A DNA stretch of 64,000 bases from NCBI GenBank assembly GCA_021789995.1, contig JAJYIQ010000003.1:7767-71766 (forward strand), written 5' to 3'. Below are positions 42,387 to 51,989 of the stretch, piece after piece. Each line of letters starts with the position of its first letter. The stretch's first letter is position 1. Origin of the DNA: a bacterium. GTDB lineage: Bacteria; Patescibacteriota; Microgenomatia; UBA1406; GWC2-37-13. The notes under the pieces are model-generated. The model was not told where the DNA came from and made no database searches. It saw only the letters and a list, made by a program, of their open reading frames with translations. The translations under genes and the position numbers were made by a program.

Positions 42387-43787
42387 ATGCTCCAGGTTAA
42401 ACGGCGGTTAATTATTTTTTTTATTCTGTTAATCATCATCCTTCCTCTCCTTTTTCTGTTTTTCCAATACTTTTCCAAAGCGGCACCGATCAAAGCCAAT
42501 ATCGTCATCGATACCAAAAAAACAGTCGGTCCGGTCCCCGACCGCTGGAAGGCTCTCGCCCAAGGCGGTGAGGAAAGCGGCGTCCGGATGCTTGGCAACG
42601 TCATCCCTCAAGTCGCTGGCCTTTATCCCCGATATATCCGCCTCGACCACATTTACGATTATTATGATGTCATCAAACGCGATTCGTCCGGCCAGTTGAC
42701 TTTTGACTGGTCGAAACTCGATGAAACCGTCTGTGACATTTATCATACCGGCGCCAAGCCATTTCTTTCCCTGGGCTACATGCCGGAAGTATTATCCGGC
42801 GACAAATCATTGATTTCCGTTCCGCGCGACTGGAACGAATGGGCTTTGACGGTCCAGAAAACAATCGAACATTACAGCGGTACCAATAACCGGCTTTGCG
42901 GCCAGATCACTGGTTTCTGGAAAACCGATGTTTATTATGAAGTCTGGAATGAGCCCGACCTGGAAACATTTGGTAAATGGAGCATTTACGGCGGCAAGGA
43001 TTATAAAACGCTGTATTATTATTCGGCCATCGGCGCGGCAGCTGCCAAAAACGTTTACCCATTCAAGCTCGGCGGCCCGGTAACGACCGCTTTGTACAAA
43101 AACTGGATCCAAACATTTTTAAATTACATCAGCCAAAACCACCTCCGGCTGGATTTTATCAGCTGGCACCATTATTCCAAAAATACCGACGATTACACGA
43201 CCGATATGGATAATTTGAATCAATATCTTGCTCCGCCCCAGTACGCCCGCTACCGGGCACTGCCTAAAATAATCAGCGAATGGGGTTACGATTCCGACCC
43301 GAATGCTATTGCCGATACCAATATCGGCGCCGCCCATACAATTGCCTCCATCCGCAACTTTTTTGACGCCAATTACGAAATGGCGTTCTTGTTTGAAATA
43401 AAAGACGGGCCGACGCCGCGCTGGGGTCTACTCGGCTATAATGGAGAAATCAAGCCGCGCTACCGCGCTTTAGAGCTTCTTAACTTGCTTGAAGGAAGAC
43501 GACTACAGGTGACCGGCGAAGGCACTTATGTCAGCGCCCTGGCGAGCGTATCGCCGGAAAAAATTGCCGTCGTCTTGGTAAACTACGATATCCAAAATAA
43601 AAATAACGAAATGGTACCGGTGACTCTCACCGATCTCAATCCGGGCACTTACAATTTAATCATCCGCTATCTGGAAGGAAATACCGTCACCATTCCCAAT
43701 GTTATGCCGGTAAACGGCGAGTTACGGCGGGATATTCTAATGACCCCAAATTCCGTCATTGCATTGGAGTTGGTTTCAAACCATTGA
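42387..43787 (+). CDS. membrane-anchored glycoside hydrolase, clan GH-A (GH39-like)
   Basis: N-terminal TM helix, YYEVWNEPD (acid/base Glu), FISWHHYS and IISEWGYD (nucleophile Glu), and a C-terminal beta-sandwich. Confidence 0.65.
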   Translation: MLQVKRRLIIFFILLIIILPLLFLFFQYFSKAAPIKANIVIDTKKTVGPVPDRWKALAQGGEESGVRMLGNVIPQVAGLYPRYIRLDHIYDYYDVIKRDSSGQLTFDWSKLDETVCDIYHTGAKPFLSLGYMPEVLSGDKSLISVPRDWNEWALTVQKTIEHYSGTNNRLCGQITGFWKTDVYYEVWNEPDLETFGKWSIYGGKDYKTLYYYSAIGAAAAKNVYPFKLGGPVTTALYKNWIQTFLNYISQNHLRLDFISWHHYSKNTDDYTTDMDNLNQYLAPPQYARYRALPKIISEWGYDSDPNAIADTNIGAAHTIASIRNFFDANYEMAFLFEIKDGPTPRWGLLGYNGEIKPRYRALELLNLLEGRRLQVTGEGTYVSALASVSPEKIAVVLVNYDIQNKNNEMVPVTLTDLNPGTYNLIIRYLEGNTVTIPNVMPVNGELRRDILMTPNSVIALELVSNH

Positions 43788-43953
43788 TCGCATCCTGGAT
43801 CTGCATTGTTCCCTCCGACACTTGGCGGTTGACAGTCATTATTTTACGGTATAAATAATATTCGCCGGCGGCCAATACCAGGAAAGCGACCGTGACGACG
43901 GTAGTTACCAGCAGCGTATGGCGGCGGATATAATTGGCAATATCTTTTTCCAT
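43756..43953 (-). CDS. small single-TM protein, hypothetical
   Basis: A strong RBS (AAAGGGAGGTGAGAG) precedes the ATG at 43953. One TM helix (LLVTTVVTVAFLVLAAG). Confidence 0.5.
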   Translation of the reverse strand: MEKDIANYIRRHTLLVTTVVTVAFLVLAAGEYYLYRKIMTVNRQVSEGTMQIQDAINGLKPTPMQ

Positions 43954-44039
43954 TCTCTCACCTCCCTTTATTTTATCGTACCATAGTTTTTGTCAGTCAA
44001 ACAGAAAAAATTATTGCGGATAATGTACAATACAAAAAC

Positions 44040-45386
44040 ATGTTTGATCAAAACCTGGCCATTGTTGATTTGGAAACGACCGGCTTAAGCGGCGGCTACG
44101 ACCGGATTATCGAACTGGCGATCATTCGTGTCGAGAAAAATAAAATTGTTGATCAATATACCACGCTTATCAATCCCGAAACTTATATCTCGCCATTTAT
44201 CGAAAACTTCACCGGCATTGCCAAAGAAGAACTCTTGACTGCCCCCCTTTTTGCCGACGTCAAAAACCGGGTAATCGACCTGTTAACTGATGCCGTTTTT
44301 GTCGCCCATAATGTCCGCTTCGACTATACTTTCGTCAAAAATGAACTGAAACGGACCGGCACTTCTTTCCGCGCCAAAACCTGCTGCACCGTCAAGCTGT
44401 CGCGTCGGCTTTTTCCTCGTTATAAACGCCACGGATTGGAATCGATTATAGAACGCTATAATTTTCGTTATAAACACCGCCACCGCGCCTATGACGATGC
44501 CTATGTTTTGTGGCAATTTTTGCAAAAAATAAAAAGGACTGTCCCTAAAAAAAAGGTCGAAGAAATATGGAAGGCGTTAACGAAATCGGTATACAGCAGC
44601 GATAAAAATCTGGTCAAACAGATTGATAATTTACCGGAATCGGCCGGTATTTATATTTTTTATGACAAAAACCAAACGGCCTTGTATGTCGGAAAAAGCA
44701 AAAATATTTATCACCGCGTCGTCTCCCATTTTACCGCCGACGGCCGTTCGGACAAACACCTGGCGATGATGAAAGATGTCGCCCATATCGACTACCGGCA
44801 GACGGCCGGCGAACTGGGCGCTCTGCTTCGCGAAGCCCAATTGGTGAAGGAACTGCAGCCGTTTTACAACCGCGTCTTACGGAAAAAGGATTTATTTTAT
44901 ACCGTCAATAAATGGAAAAACAAATACGGCTATTTCGAATTTAAACTGGCGACGGTTGACAACTTAGACGAATTGGATTTTGACAATCTTTTTGGAAATT
45001 TCAACAGCCTGTCACAAGCCAAGGATTATCTGACAAACCTGACGGAGAAATATAAACTCTGCTCGAAACTAACCGGGGTAGAAACGACCAAGTCGTCATG
45101 CTTTAACTACAAACTGGGTAAATGCAACGGCGCCTGCATCAGAAAAGAAAGCGCCGGAAAATATAACAACCGTTTTTTGATTGCCTATATCGAAAATAAG
45201 CAATTCCGCCCCTGGCCATATAATGGAGCAATTGAGATTTTCGAAAAAGATGAGGAAAACGAATTATACGAAACATTTACGATCAATAACTGGCGGTTAA
45301 ACGGTAAGCCTTTCGACCTCGACCGCTACCGGATCTTTTCCCAGTATTTATCAAAGTCAAAAACCATATCCTACATAAAATCATAA
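44040..45386 (+). CDS. DnaQ-type 3'-5' exonuclease fused to a UvrC/Cho-like GIY-YIG domain
   Basis: N-terminus: AIVDLETTGL, FVAHNVRFDYTF and HRAYDDA (DEDDh). Middle: GIYIFYDKNQTALYVGKSKNIYHRVVSHF...ELQPFYN (GIY-YIG as in the UvrC N-terminus). Confidence 0.8.
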   Translation: MFDQNLAIVDLETTGLSGGYDRIIELAIIRVEKNKIVDQYTTLINPETYISPFIENFTGIAKEELLTAPLFADVKNRVIDLLTDAVFVAHNVRFDYTFVKNELKRTGTSFRAKTCCTVKLSRRLFPRYKRHGLESIIERYNFRYKHRHRAYDDAYVLWQFLQKIKRTVPKKKVEEIWKALTKSVYSSDKNLVKQIDNLPESAGIYIFYDKNQTALYVGKSKNIYHRVVSHFTADGRSDKHLAMMKDVAHIDYRQTAGELGALLREAQLVKELQPFYNRVLRKKDLFYTVNKWKNKYGYFEFKLATVDNLDELDFDNLFGNFNSLSQAKDYLTNLTEKYKLCSKLTGVETTKSSCFNYKLGKCNGACIRKESAGKYNNRFLIAYIENKQFRPWPYNGAIEIFEKDEENELYETFTINNWRLNGKPFDLDRYRIFSQYLSKSKTISYIKS

Positions 45387-45470
45387 CTTGGTGAATATTT
45401 ATCTACACCATAGTCACCTGTAGATAATACACGTTCATTAGTTAGCTTAAATCTCTGATAAAATAAGACC

Positions 45471-45920
45471 ATGAGAATTATCAATCGAAAGTTCCATCGA
45501 GAATATACCGAGCTGGAAAAATATGAGACGGGCATTATCCTCTCCGGTGCCGAGGTAAAATCGTTGCGGGAGGGGCGGTTGCAGCTGGAAGATGCTTTTG
45601 TCAGGCTTATGGGGTCGGAGGCATATCTCATTAATGCCAATATTCCCATCTACCAATATGCCCGGATGTCCGATTACGATCCAAAAAGGAGCCGGAAATT
45701 GCTTTTGCACAAGAAGGAATTGTTGCGCCTTAAGACCAAAATCGCCCAAGGCGGCGGGTTGACTTTAGCCCCGGTAAGCTGCTATAATAAGGGTGCTTTA
45801 ATCAAGCTCGAAATCGCGTTGGTAAAAGGAAAACGGGATATCGAAAAACGGAAACTGGAGAAAAAAAGAGATATTGAACGACAAGAAAAAAGAGAACTTA
45901 AAGAATGGACGAAAAGTTAA
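45471..45920 (+). CDS. smpB: SsrA-binding protein SmpB
   Basis: NRKFHREYTELEKYETGIILSGAEVKSLREGR...LLLHKKEL, with a basic C-terminal tail. It lies directly upstream of the tmRNA. Confidence 0.9.
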   Translation: MRIINRKFHREYTELEKYETGIILSGAEVKSLREGRLQLEDAFVRLMGSEAYLINANIPIYQYARMSDYDPKRSRKLLLHKKELLRLKTKIAQGGGLTLAPVSCYNKGALIKLEIALVKGKRDIEKRKLEKKRDIERQEKRELKEWTKS

Positions 45921-46000
45921 AATTGGTTTAAATTAGTTGAAATTAGATTAAACTAGTTTCAACAAATTTTTAACCAGTTTCATCCAGTTTTAACTGAATT
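45921..46000. repeat. degenerate ~10-bp phased repeat (NAGTTTNAAC x about 6) between smpB and ssrA
   Basis: tagttgaaat tagattaaac tagtttcaac ... cagtttcatc cagttttaac. A helical-repeat periodicity in the ssrA upstream region. Confidence 0.5.
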
Positions 46001-46405
46001 GGGGATGATAGGAATCGACGAGGAATCGGCACTTTTAAAAAATGTCAGGGCGCACCTGTTGCGTCAAACGGAAAAAATACTTGATAAAGAATCATCTTTG
46101 TCCCAAGCTGATGTAGCTTACTTGCAAGCGGTTAAGTCTGGTTTCAGACTTAACTATGCATACGCTGCTTAAGCGCGGCTGTTTGCAGTTTTTGTCCGAT
46201 TCAATCTGCAAATAGATAAACCAATCGGAATAGGATGACCGGAAGTTTTTGGTTGATCCGGAAGTCCGATAAACCCTCAACCAACAATCTATATACGGTT
46301 TGAATATTCCCCAAAATAGATTAGAGTAAAAAATATTCTATCCCTGGCTAAATTTTTTTCGAAGTGTTTCCCCGGACGCGGGTTCAATTCCCGCCATCTC
46401 CACCA
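46001..46405 (+). ncRNA. ssrA: tmRNA (ssrA)
   Basis: The 5' end is GGGGATGATAGGAATCGACGAGG. The 3' end is GGACGCGGGTTCAATTCCCGCCATCTCCACCA, a tRNA-Ala-like acceptor/T arm. The internal tag frame ends ...FRLNYAYAA-TAA (stop at 46170-46172). The resume codon cannot be fixed by eye. Confidence 0.9.
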
Positions 46406-46866
46406 GACAAAAGTTTTGGTCGGATAATCGGCCATCAGTTTTTCCATGTTCTGACGGTAATAATCCCAGCTGGCTTCGGTATCAATATAACAAAGCTTCA
46501 TCGTCATAACGTCGCGTTGCACCGCCTGGGCTGCTGCCTGGATGACCAGGTCATCGATTTTTTGTTTCCAGCCCGGATTGCCCCGGTTCTGAAAAACCCA
46601 GTTGGTACGGTTGTATTTTTGATTGCTGTTCTGCAAGGCGTTTAAACCGCTATTGATATTTTCCCCGGAAGTGTCATCGATGTTGGCGATAGTTTGTTTA
46701 ATATTGTTTCTCTTTGCGTCCGGGCCTGCATTAGATCCATAACGATGGAATAACCCAATCCTAAAAGAATGACGATTGCCGCCAATAGGATAACCACCCG
46801 AAAATGATTTGGCCGATTATGAAAGTATTTAAGCGGAGTATAATTTTGCCATGTAGAACGCTCCAT
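46406..46866 (-). pseudogene. probable disrupted gene abutting the 3' end of ssrA (TM-anchor ORF plus a frame-shifted soluble part)
   Basis: ORF 46642-46866 encodes only a signal anchor. A second frame from the TTG at 46636 (NRTNWVFQNRGNPGWKQKIDDLV...MADYPTKTF) has no stop before it reads antisense through the tmRNA T-arm/acceptor. The two frames differ. Confidence 0.35.
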
Positions 46867-46915
46867 ATATCTATATATATATGCTTTTCGACTCCCATCG
46901 CTGTTGTCTAACCGA

Positions 46916-47080
46916 TCATTTTCTCAATCTTTTCTGATCCTCCTTGCTTAAGATTTTAAAAAGCTTCATACCGTTATAGTCAACTTTCGCTGCTTTGCGT
47001 CCGTTTTTCATCGTGGTGACGGTAACGTCGCGATCCGGCACGTCCACTTTTTTTCTTGTTTTGACATTAAAAAACTGCAT
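46916..47080 (-). CDS. small basic protein, hypothetical (54 aa)
   Basis: Start moved to MQFFNVKTRKKVDVPDRDVTVTTMKNGRKAAKVDYNGMKLFKIL, preceded by a GGTGAG RBS-like sequence. Family not recognised. Confidence 0.45.
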   Translation of the reverse strand: MQFFNVKTRKKVDVPDRDVTVTTMKNGRKAAKVDYNGMKLFKILSKEDQKRLRK

Positions 47081-47206
47081 ATTGCTCACCCCACTTTCCA
47101 CCCTATGGTAGCTTCCGAATGTAAATATGAGGTAAGATCTTCTTCTCACTATTCTCTTACCGAATATATTGGAGCATTTTACGAAACTGTTTTACGATTT
47201 ACAAAT

Positions 47207-47689
47207 ATGGAAAATTCTAACCGAGAGCAACATAATAATTATGGTAAACGACCGTTGTGGCAATGGGTGGCAATTTATGTCGTTATCGCCCTTGTTATTT
47301 ATGGCGGACTCTATTATTTTTTCCTGAATAAAAACGGCACCTATAACGCTAATCTGTCAGCGTCGAATATGCCAACTAATGCACCAATACCAACAGGCGC
47401 TCCCCAAACCGGCGCGGTCCAAATGGCCGTCACCGGCACCGATTTTGCCTTCAACCCGTCAACAATTACCGTTAGCGCCGGCCAATCGGTCCAGTTAACG
47501 TTTAAAAATAAGGGGCAATACTCGCATAATCTGACAATCCCCGACCTGAACGCACAAACTAAAACCATCCAACCAGGCCAGCAGGCGATAATTACCTTTA
47601 CTCCGACGCGGGCCGGTTCGTTCGAATATCTCTGCACTGTTCCCGGCCATGCTGACCGTGGGATGATCGGAACAATCATGGTGCGTTGA
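47207..47689 (+). CDS. membrane-anchored cupredoxin (plastocyanin/amicyanin-like type-1 copper protein)
   Basis: Start moved to MENSN. Has a TM helix, then a beta-sandwich containing HN...YLCTVPGHADRGMIG (His, Cys-x-x-x-x-His-x-x-x-x-Met ligand pattern). Confidence 0.75.
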   Translation: MENSNREQHNNYGKRPLWQWVAIYVVIALVIYGGLYYFFLNKNGTYNANLSASNMPTNAPIPTGAPQTGAVQMAVTGTDFAFNPSTITVSAGQSVQLTFKNKGQYSHNLTIPDLNAQTKTIQPGQQAIITFTPTRAGSFEYLCTVPGHADRGMIGTIMVR

Positions 47690-47712
47690 TTTTTCCGCTA
47701 TAATACTTCTAT

Positions 47713-48219
47713 ATGATCGTCAAGAATCCCAACCAACGCGTTGCTGTTCTCGTCGATGTCCAAAATCTTTATTATTCGGCCAGAAATTTATACCGGGCCC
47801 GTGTCAGTTTCAAGAACCTTCTCAACCTGCTGGTCGCTGACCGAACGCTTGTCCGGGCGATTGCCTACGTTATTAAAGCCGGCGAAGAAAAGGAAGAAGA
47901 ATTTTTCGAGGCGTTAAATGCTGCCGGATTCGAAATCAAGGAAAAAAAGCTACAGATTTTTTACGGCGGGGCTAAAAAAGGCGACTGGGATATCGGCATT
48001 GCTATGGACGCCATCCGCCTCGGCCACAAAGTCGATTCCATCATCCTCGTCTCCGGCGACGGCGATTATATGCCGGTCGTCAATTATCTGCAGCAGGCGC
48101 TCGGGTGTCTGGTCGAAATTGCCGCTTTCCGCCGGACGGCCAATAAGGAACTGACAACGATGGCTGACGATTTCACCAATATCGAAGACCACACTTCATC
48201 TTTACTTTTCCGAAAATAA
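47713..48219 (+). CDS. NYN/LabA-like (PIN-fold) domain protein
   Basis: VAVLVDVQNLYYSA...GDWDIGIAMDAI...ILVSGDGDYMPVV is the typical NYN signature. Confidence 0.8.
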   Translation: MIVKNPNQRVAVLVDVQNLYYSARNLYRARVSFKNLLNLLVADRTLVRAIAYVIKAGEEKEEEFFEALNAAGFEIKEKKLQIFYGGAKKGDWDIGIAMDAIRLGHKVDSIILVSGDGDYMPVVNYLQQALGCLVEIAAFRRTANKELTTMADDFTNIEDHTSSLLFRK

Positions 48220-48334
48220 ACAATACCTAATCCTTACTCCACTCCCATTGATTTTTTATATTCCTGTGCCAAGATGATTGTGTTCCAGAGAGTTAAAGCT
48301 GCAACTTCTCGATTTTCGTAGTAAAATAGTTTTC

Positions 48335-49675
48335 ATGCAAATTATTGCCGACTTGCATATCCACTCCAAATATTCCCGGGCCGTTTCCCAGAAAATGGAT
48401 TTGTTTGAAATCGCATCCAGTGCCACCGCCAAAGGAATCCAGTTGGTGACAACCGGCGACTGGACTCACCCCCTGTGGTTTCGGCATTTGACGGAAAATC
48501 TTCAGGAAACCGATTCGGGGGTTTATATCCTAAAAAACGGCCGATATAAAAACGTTCGGTTTTTGCTGACGACGGAAATTTCCAGCATTTATTCCCAAGG
48601 GGGAAAGCTGCGCCGTATCCACAACCTGGTTTTTTCGCCATCTCTGGCAGTGACGGAAAGAATAAATAAAAAATTGGAAAGTGAAGGTGCAAAACTCCTA
48701 TCTGACGGCCGGCCGATTATCGGCCTTTCCTCACGTGATTTATTAGCCCTGCTTTTAGCGATTGACCAAAACATTATGCTGGTTCCCTGTCATGCTTGGA
48801 CGCCTTGGTTTTCCCTGTACGGTTCCAAGTCCGGCTTTGATTCTATTGAGGAATGTTTCGGCGAATATGCTAACGAAATTTACGCCGTCGAAACCGGCCT
48901 GTCAAGCGACCCGATCATGAACTGGCAGATAAAGGAACTCGATCAACGGGCAATTATTTCTTCCTCCGACGCCCATTCGGGTCCGAAACTTGGCCGGGAA
49001 GCAACCGTCTTTATTCCAACAGTGAAACAATTGAATAATGAAAAAGTGGGCTTTAACTATACCGATATTACCGGTGCCATTAAACAGAATCCTAACAGTA
49101 GGTTAAAAATTGGCTACACCATCGAGTTTTTCCCCGAGGAAGGTAAATACCACTGGACCGGTCACCGGGCCTGCAATATCCGCTACAACCCGCTCGAAGT
49201 CCGCGAAAAAGGGGTAATTTGTCCTGTTTGCCGGCGGCCGCTGACAGTCGGCGTGGAAAACCGTGTTCTTGATTTGTCGGCCCGGACGATTACCAAAGAC
49301 GGTTTGCTTTTTCTCCAAAATAAAGCCGGATTGACTTTTGTTTACGATAAGGAAAAAAAACGCAAACCATTTGTTTCTCTGATTCCCCTTTTGGAAATTT
49401 TAACGGAAATAAACGACGGCTCCCAAGTTAAAGCTATCCAGCAATACGACAATTTAACCACTCAGCATACCGAATTTGACATTCTCATGCGGGTCAATTA
49501 CGATGAAATTGCCAAAATCGCCAGCGAAAAGCTGGCCGAAGCCATAAGAATTGTCCGGGAAAGAAAAGCCTATGTCGATCCCGGTTATGATGGCGTATTC
49601 GGCAAAGTAAAAATTTTTAACCGCAATGACCAAAAAGAGGCCACCACGGCCGCCAGCCAGGAATCGCTTTTCTGA
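48335..49675 (+). CDS. PHP-domain protein, endonuclease Q-like (TIGR00375-type)
   Basis: Start moved to MQIIADLHIHSKYSRAVS. Also has ...VPCHAWTPWFS...SSSDAHS and a zinc-finger CPVCRRPLTVGVENRV. Confidence 0.65.
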   Translation: MQIIADLHIHSKYSRAVSQKMDLFEIASSATAKGIQLVTTGDWTHPLWFRHLTENLQETDSGVYILKNGRYKNVRFLLTTEISSIYSQGGKLRRIHNLVFSPSLAVTERINKKLESEGAKLLSDGRPIIGLSSRDLLALLLAIDQNIMLVPCHAWTPWFSLYGSKSGFDSIEECFGEYANEIYAVETGLSSDPIMNWQIKELDQRAIISSSDAHSGPKLGREATVFIPTVKQLNNEKVGFNYTDITGAIKQNPNSRLKIGYTIEFFPEEGKYHWTGHRACNIRYNPLEVREKGVICPVCRRPLTVGVENRVLDLSARTITKDGLLFLQNKAGLTFVYDKEKKRKPFVSLIPLLEILTEINDGSQVKAIQQYDNLTTQHTEFDILMRVNYDEIAKIASEKLAEAIRIVRERKAYVDPGYDGVFGKVKIFNRNDQKEATTAASQESLF

Positions 49676-50858
49676 CAGCCTGCTATTTATATTGGTCCTT
49701 TTTCTTCCTGTCCAGCTGGGCCGCCATTTCTTTCCGCCTTATTCCTATATCAACGGCGTCCGGGTAGACTATCTGGCACCGACGGTTTATTTGACCGATA
49801 TTATTGCCTTTATTTTACTGGTGACTAATTCCAAAACTGTCTTTTCATTTTTTGCGACCAAAAAAATCGCGGTTATTTTGGGCATTTTTTTACTAACCGT
49901 ATCTTTATCTCAATCAAAATTAATTTCATTATATGAATATGTAAAAATTATCGAATGGCTGATAATTTTCGCCGTTTTCTATAAAAAAACTTTTGACAGC
50001 CGGTTAATGCTGATTGCTTTTAGCGGCGGCGCGCTGACGGAAATAATATTGGCATTGCAGCAATTTATAAACAAACAGTCGGTCCAAGGCGTCTTTTATT
50101 TTCTGGGCGAACGGTACTTCACCTTGTTGACCCCGGGCATAGCCTTGGCCACGATAAACGGCCGGGAATTCCTGCGACCGTATGGCACTTTTTCCCATCC
50201 TAACTCTTTGGCAGGATTTTATTTACTGATTTATTTTTTTATTTTGACCAGCCAGCGTTTCAAACCTTATTTTTGGTTAAAAAACATTTTGTTGTTTTTT
50301 TCTTCCCTGTTAATTGTAATTTCTTTTTCCAAAACTGCCATTATTACTTACCTTATACTTAATACGCTATACTTCATATTTAATATGAAAAAAACTTGCC
50401 GCCTTTGTCTGGTTGCCAAAGTTTCGGTTATAACAATTCTCGCTTTAATTATTTTACGCGCTCAAGGAGATACGCTAACTCTTCAAAAACGCTGGGAATT
50501 AATTACCAATGCTTTTTCCATTATCATCCGTCATCCGATTACCGGCGTCGGGCCAGGGACATACCTTTTGTCGCAAAGCCGATTTATTTCCCGGTTTAAT
50601 TTATTTTTCAACCAGCCGGTCCACAATATTTTTCTCCTTTTTTTAACGGAAAACGGCCTATTGGCCGGAGGATTAATCCTGGTTTTTTTAATTATCACCG
50701 TCAAAAATTATCGGTCTACCCTTTTGTATGTTTTTTTGGCAATTGCTTTAACGGGATTGTTTGATCATTATTGGCTGACGCTGCAACAGAATTTCTTGTT
50801 GGCAGCAGTAGTTATGGGAGCTTCTTCAATTCGTTTGCCGCTTGAACATTCAGATTAA
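49626..50858 (+). CDS. O-antigen ligase (Wzy_C)-family polytopic membrane protein
   Basis: About 10 TM helices. The large loop contains TFSHPNSLAGFYL, typical of O-antigen ligase-like proteins. The start is uncertain (50-nt overlap with the upstream gene). Confidence 0.65.
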   Translation: MTKKRPPRPPARNRFSDSLLFILVLFLPVQLGRHFFPPYSYINGVRVDYLAPTVYLTDIIAFILLVTNSKTVFSFFATKKIAVILGIFLLTVSLSQSKLISLYEYVKIIEWLIIFAVFYKKTFDSRLMLIAFSGGALTEIILALQQFINKQSVQGVFYFLGERYFTLLTPGIALATINGREFLRPYGTFSHPNSLAGFYLLIYFFILTSQRFKPYFWLKNILLFFSSLLIVISFSKTAIITYLILNTLYFIFNMKKTCRLCLVAKVSVITILALIILRAQGDTLTLQKRWELITNAFSIIIRHPITGVGPGTYLLSQSRFISRFNLFFNQPVHNIFLLFLTENGLLAGGLILVFLIITVKNYRSTLLYVFLAIALTGLFDHYWLTLQQNFLLAAVVMGASSIRLPLEHSD

Positions 50859-51363
50859 TTATCAGATTGATCGAGTCGGTTGAACCCTGGGGTAGATCTT
50901 TAAGGAGGGTGTCAAGCAGTTCCTTATGCTTGGCATTACTTAATTTTAGCGTATCGATGAAGCTGGAAGGCGCACTGACCCCTTGTTTTTTTGCATTCGT
51001 GACTAAAGGCGATATTTGCAGGAAATATTTTTCGGCTTTGGAAAACGTATCGATCGCCAAGGCATTTTTACCTTCTTTAGCCAGCAACATAGCCATGGCT
51101 GCCCGTTTGTCGGAATACAATAAATACAATTGGGCTTTTTTCAGGTTGTCACGAACGAGAAATTCGTTTATCCGGTCGCGGATGATTTTCAAAAAATATA
51201 ACGGGTGGTCGGGTAAGATACCGGGATAAGGCAGGTTGTAAATCACTTTCTCCTGATTGACAACGACCGCCAATGTTTCCCCTTCCATTACAAAATAAGC
51301 GGTCAAGGGAATAATTAATATAAAAAAGATGACAAATAGCAAGCGAGAAAGCTTTAGCAACAT
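50812..51363 (-). CDS. DUF5667-like secreted protein
   Basis: N-terminal TM helix plus YPGILPDHPLYFLKIIRDRINEFL, the hallmark N-terminal motif of DUF5667 as I recall it. Confidence 0.6.
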   Translation of the reverse strand: MLLKLSRLLFVIFFILIIPLTAYFVMEGETLAVVVNQEKVIYNLPYPGILPDHPLYFLKIIRDRINEFLVRDNLKKAQLYLLYSDKRAAMAMLLAKEGKNALAIDTFSKAEKYFLQISPLVTNAKKQGVSAPSSFIDTLKLSNAKHKELLDTLLKDLPQGSTDSINLIINLNVQAANELKKLP

Positions 51364-51388
51364 ATTTTAATTATATAGAATTTAGTCT

Positions 51389-51433
51389 AAAAAAACAACC
51401 CCGTACTTAAATAAATACGGGATTGTTTTTTTT
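51389..51433 (-). terminator. rho-independent terminator downstream of hup (also hairpin plus T-run on the plus strand)
   Basis: The minus strand reads ACAATCCCGTA-loop-TACGGGGTTGT followed by TTTTTTT. Confidence 0.7.
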
Positions 51434-51441
51434 AACAAAAT

Positions 51442-51714
51442 TTACTTTACCAATCTTTTAAGGCTTTTGCCCGCGGTAAAACCGGGAGTTTTCGTCGAAG
51501 GAATCTGAATTTCCGCTCCGGTTTGTGGATTGCGTCCTTTTCGGGAAGCTCTTTTTCGCACCATGAATGTCCCGAAACCGGTGACAACGACTTTTTCGCC
51601 TCTTTTCAATGCGTCAGACATCGTACCAAAGACGGCGCCGACGGCATCTTTAGCGGCTTTTGCGGTTAACCCGGCCTTTTTGGCGACTTGCGCGACTAAA
51701 TCAGCTTTTGTCAT
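51442..51714 (-). CDS. hup: HU-family DNA-binding protein
   Basis: MTKADLVAQVAKKAGLT...GFGTF...R.GRNPQTGAEIQIP is the canonical HU pattern. Confidence 0.9.
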   Translation of the reverse strand: MTKADLVAQVAKKAGLTAKAAKDAVGAVFGTMSDALKRGEKVVVTGFGTFMVRKRASRKGRNPQTGAEIQIPSTKTPGFTAGKSLKRLVK

Positions 51715-51772
51715 TTGTTTTTCACCCGCTTTCTTTGTAGACTAATTGATAATTTAAAAAATATTCGTTAAC

Positions 51773-51801
51773 AGAATATTACTTTTATGGCTTCTTGTCA
51801 A
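51773..51801 (-). promoter_or_regulatory. sigma70-like promoter candidate for hup
   Basis: The minus strand reads TTGACA-N17-TATTCT, about 60 nt upstream of the hup ATG. Confidence 0.4.
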
Positions 51802-51989
51802 TCCGTATTTAAACTATCTTATTGTAACAATCTATATCAGAACGGAGCCTTGCAACAATGAAGATAAAACCAGATATTAAGCGTTGGAAAATAGAAGCCG
51901 GATCTTGAAGTTGAAAACTGGATATCAGATCAAGTTTAATCCCAGGCGTGAAATTTTGGCTTTCATTCTCAATCGTTCAGCACCACATT

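Noticed and set aside
46092-46645. ORFs 46092-46280(-), 46289-46636(-) and 46364-46645(+) overlapping the tmRNA
   Set aside because: Positions 46001-46405 form a textbook tmRNA (5' GGGGATGA..., 3' tRNA-like end with CCA). The ORF parts inside it are not coding. Only the part 3' of 46405 is kept, as a possible gene remnant.
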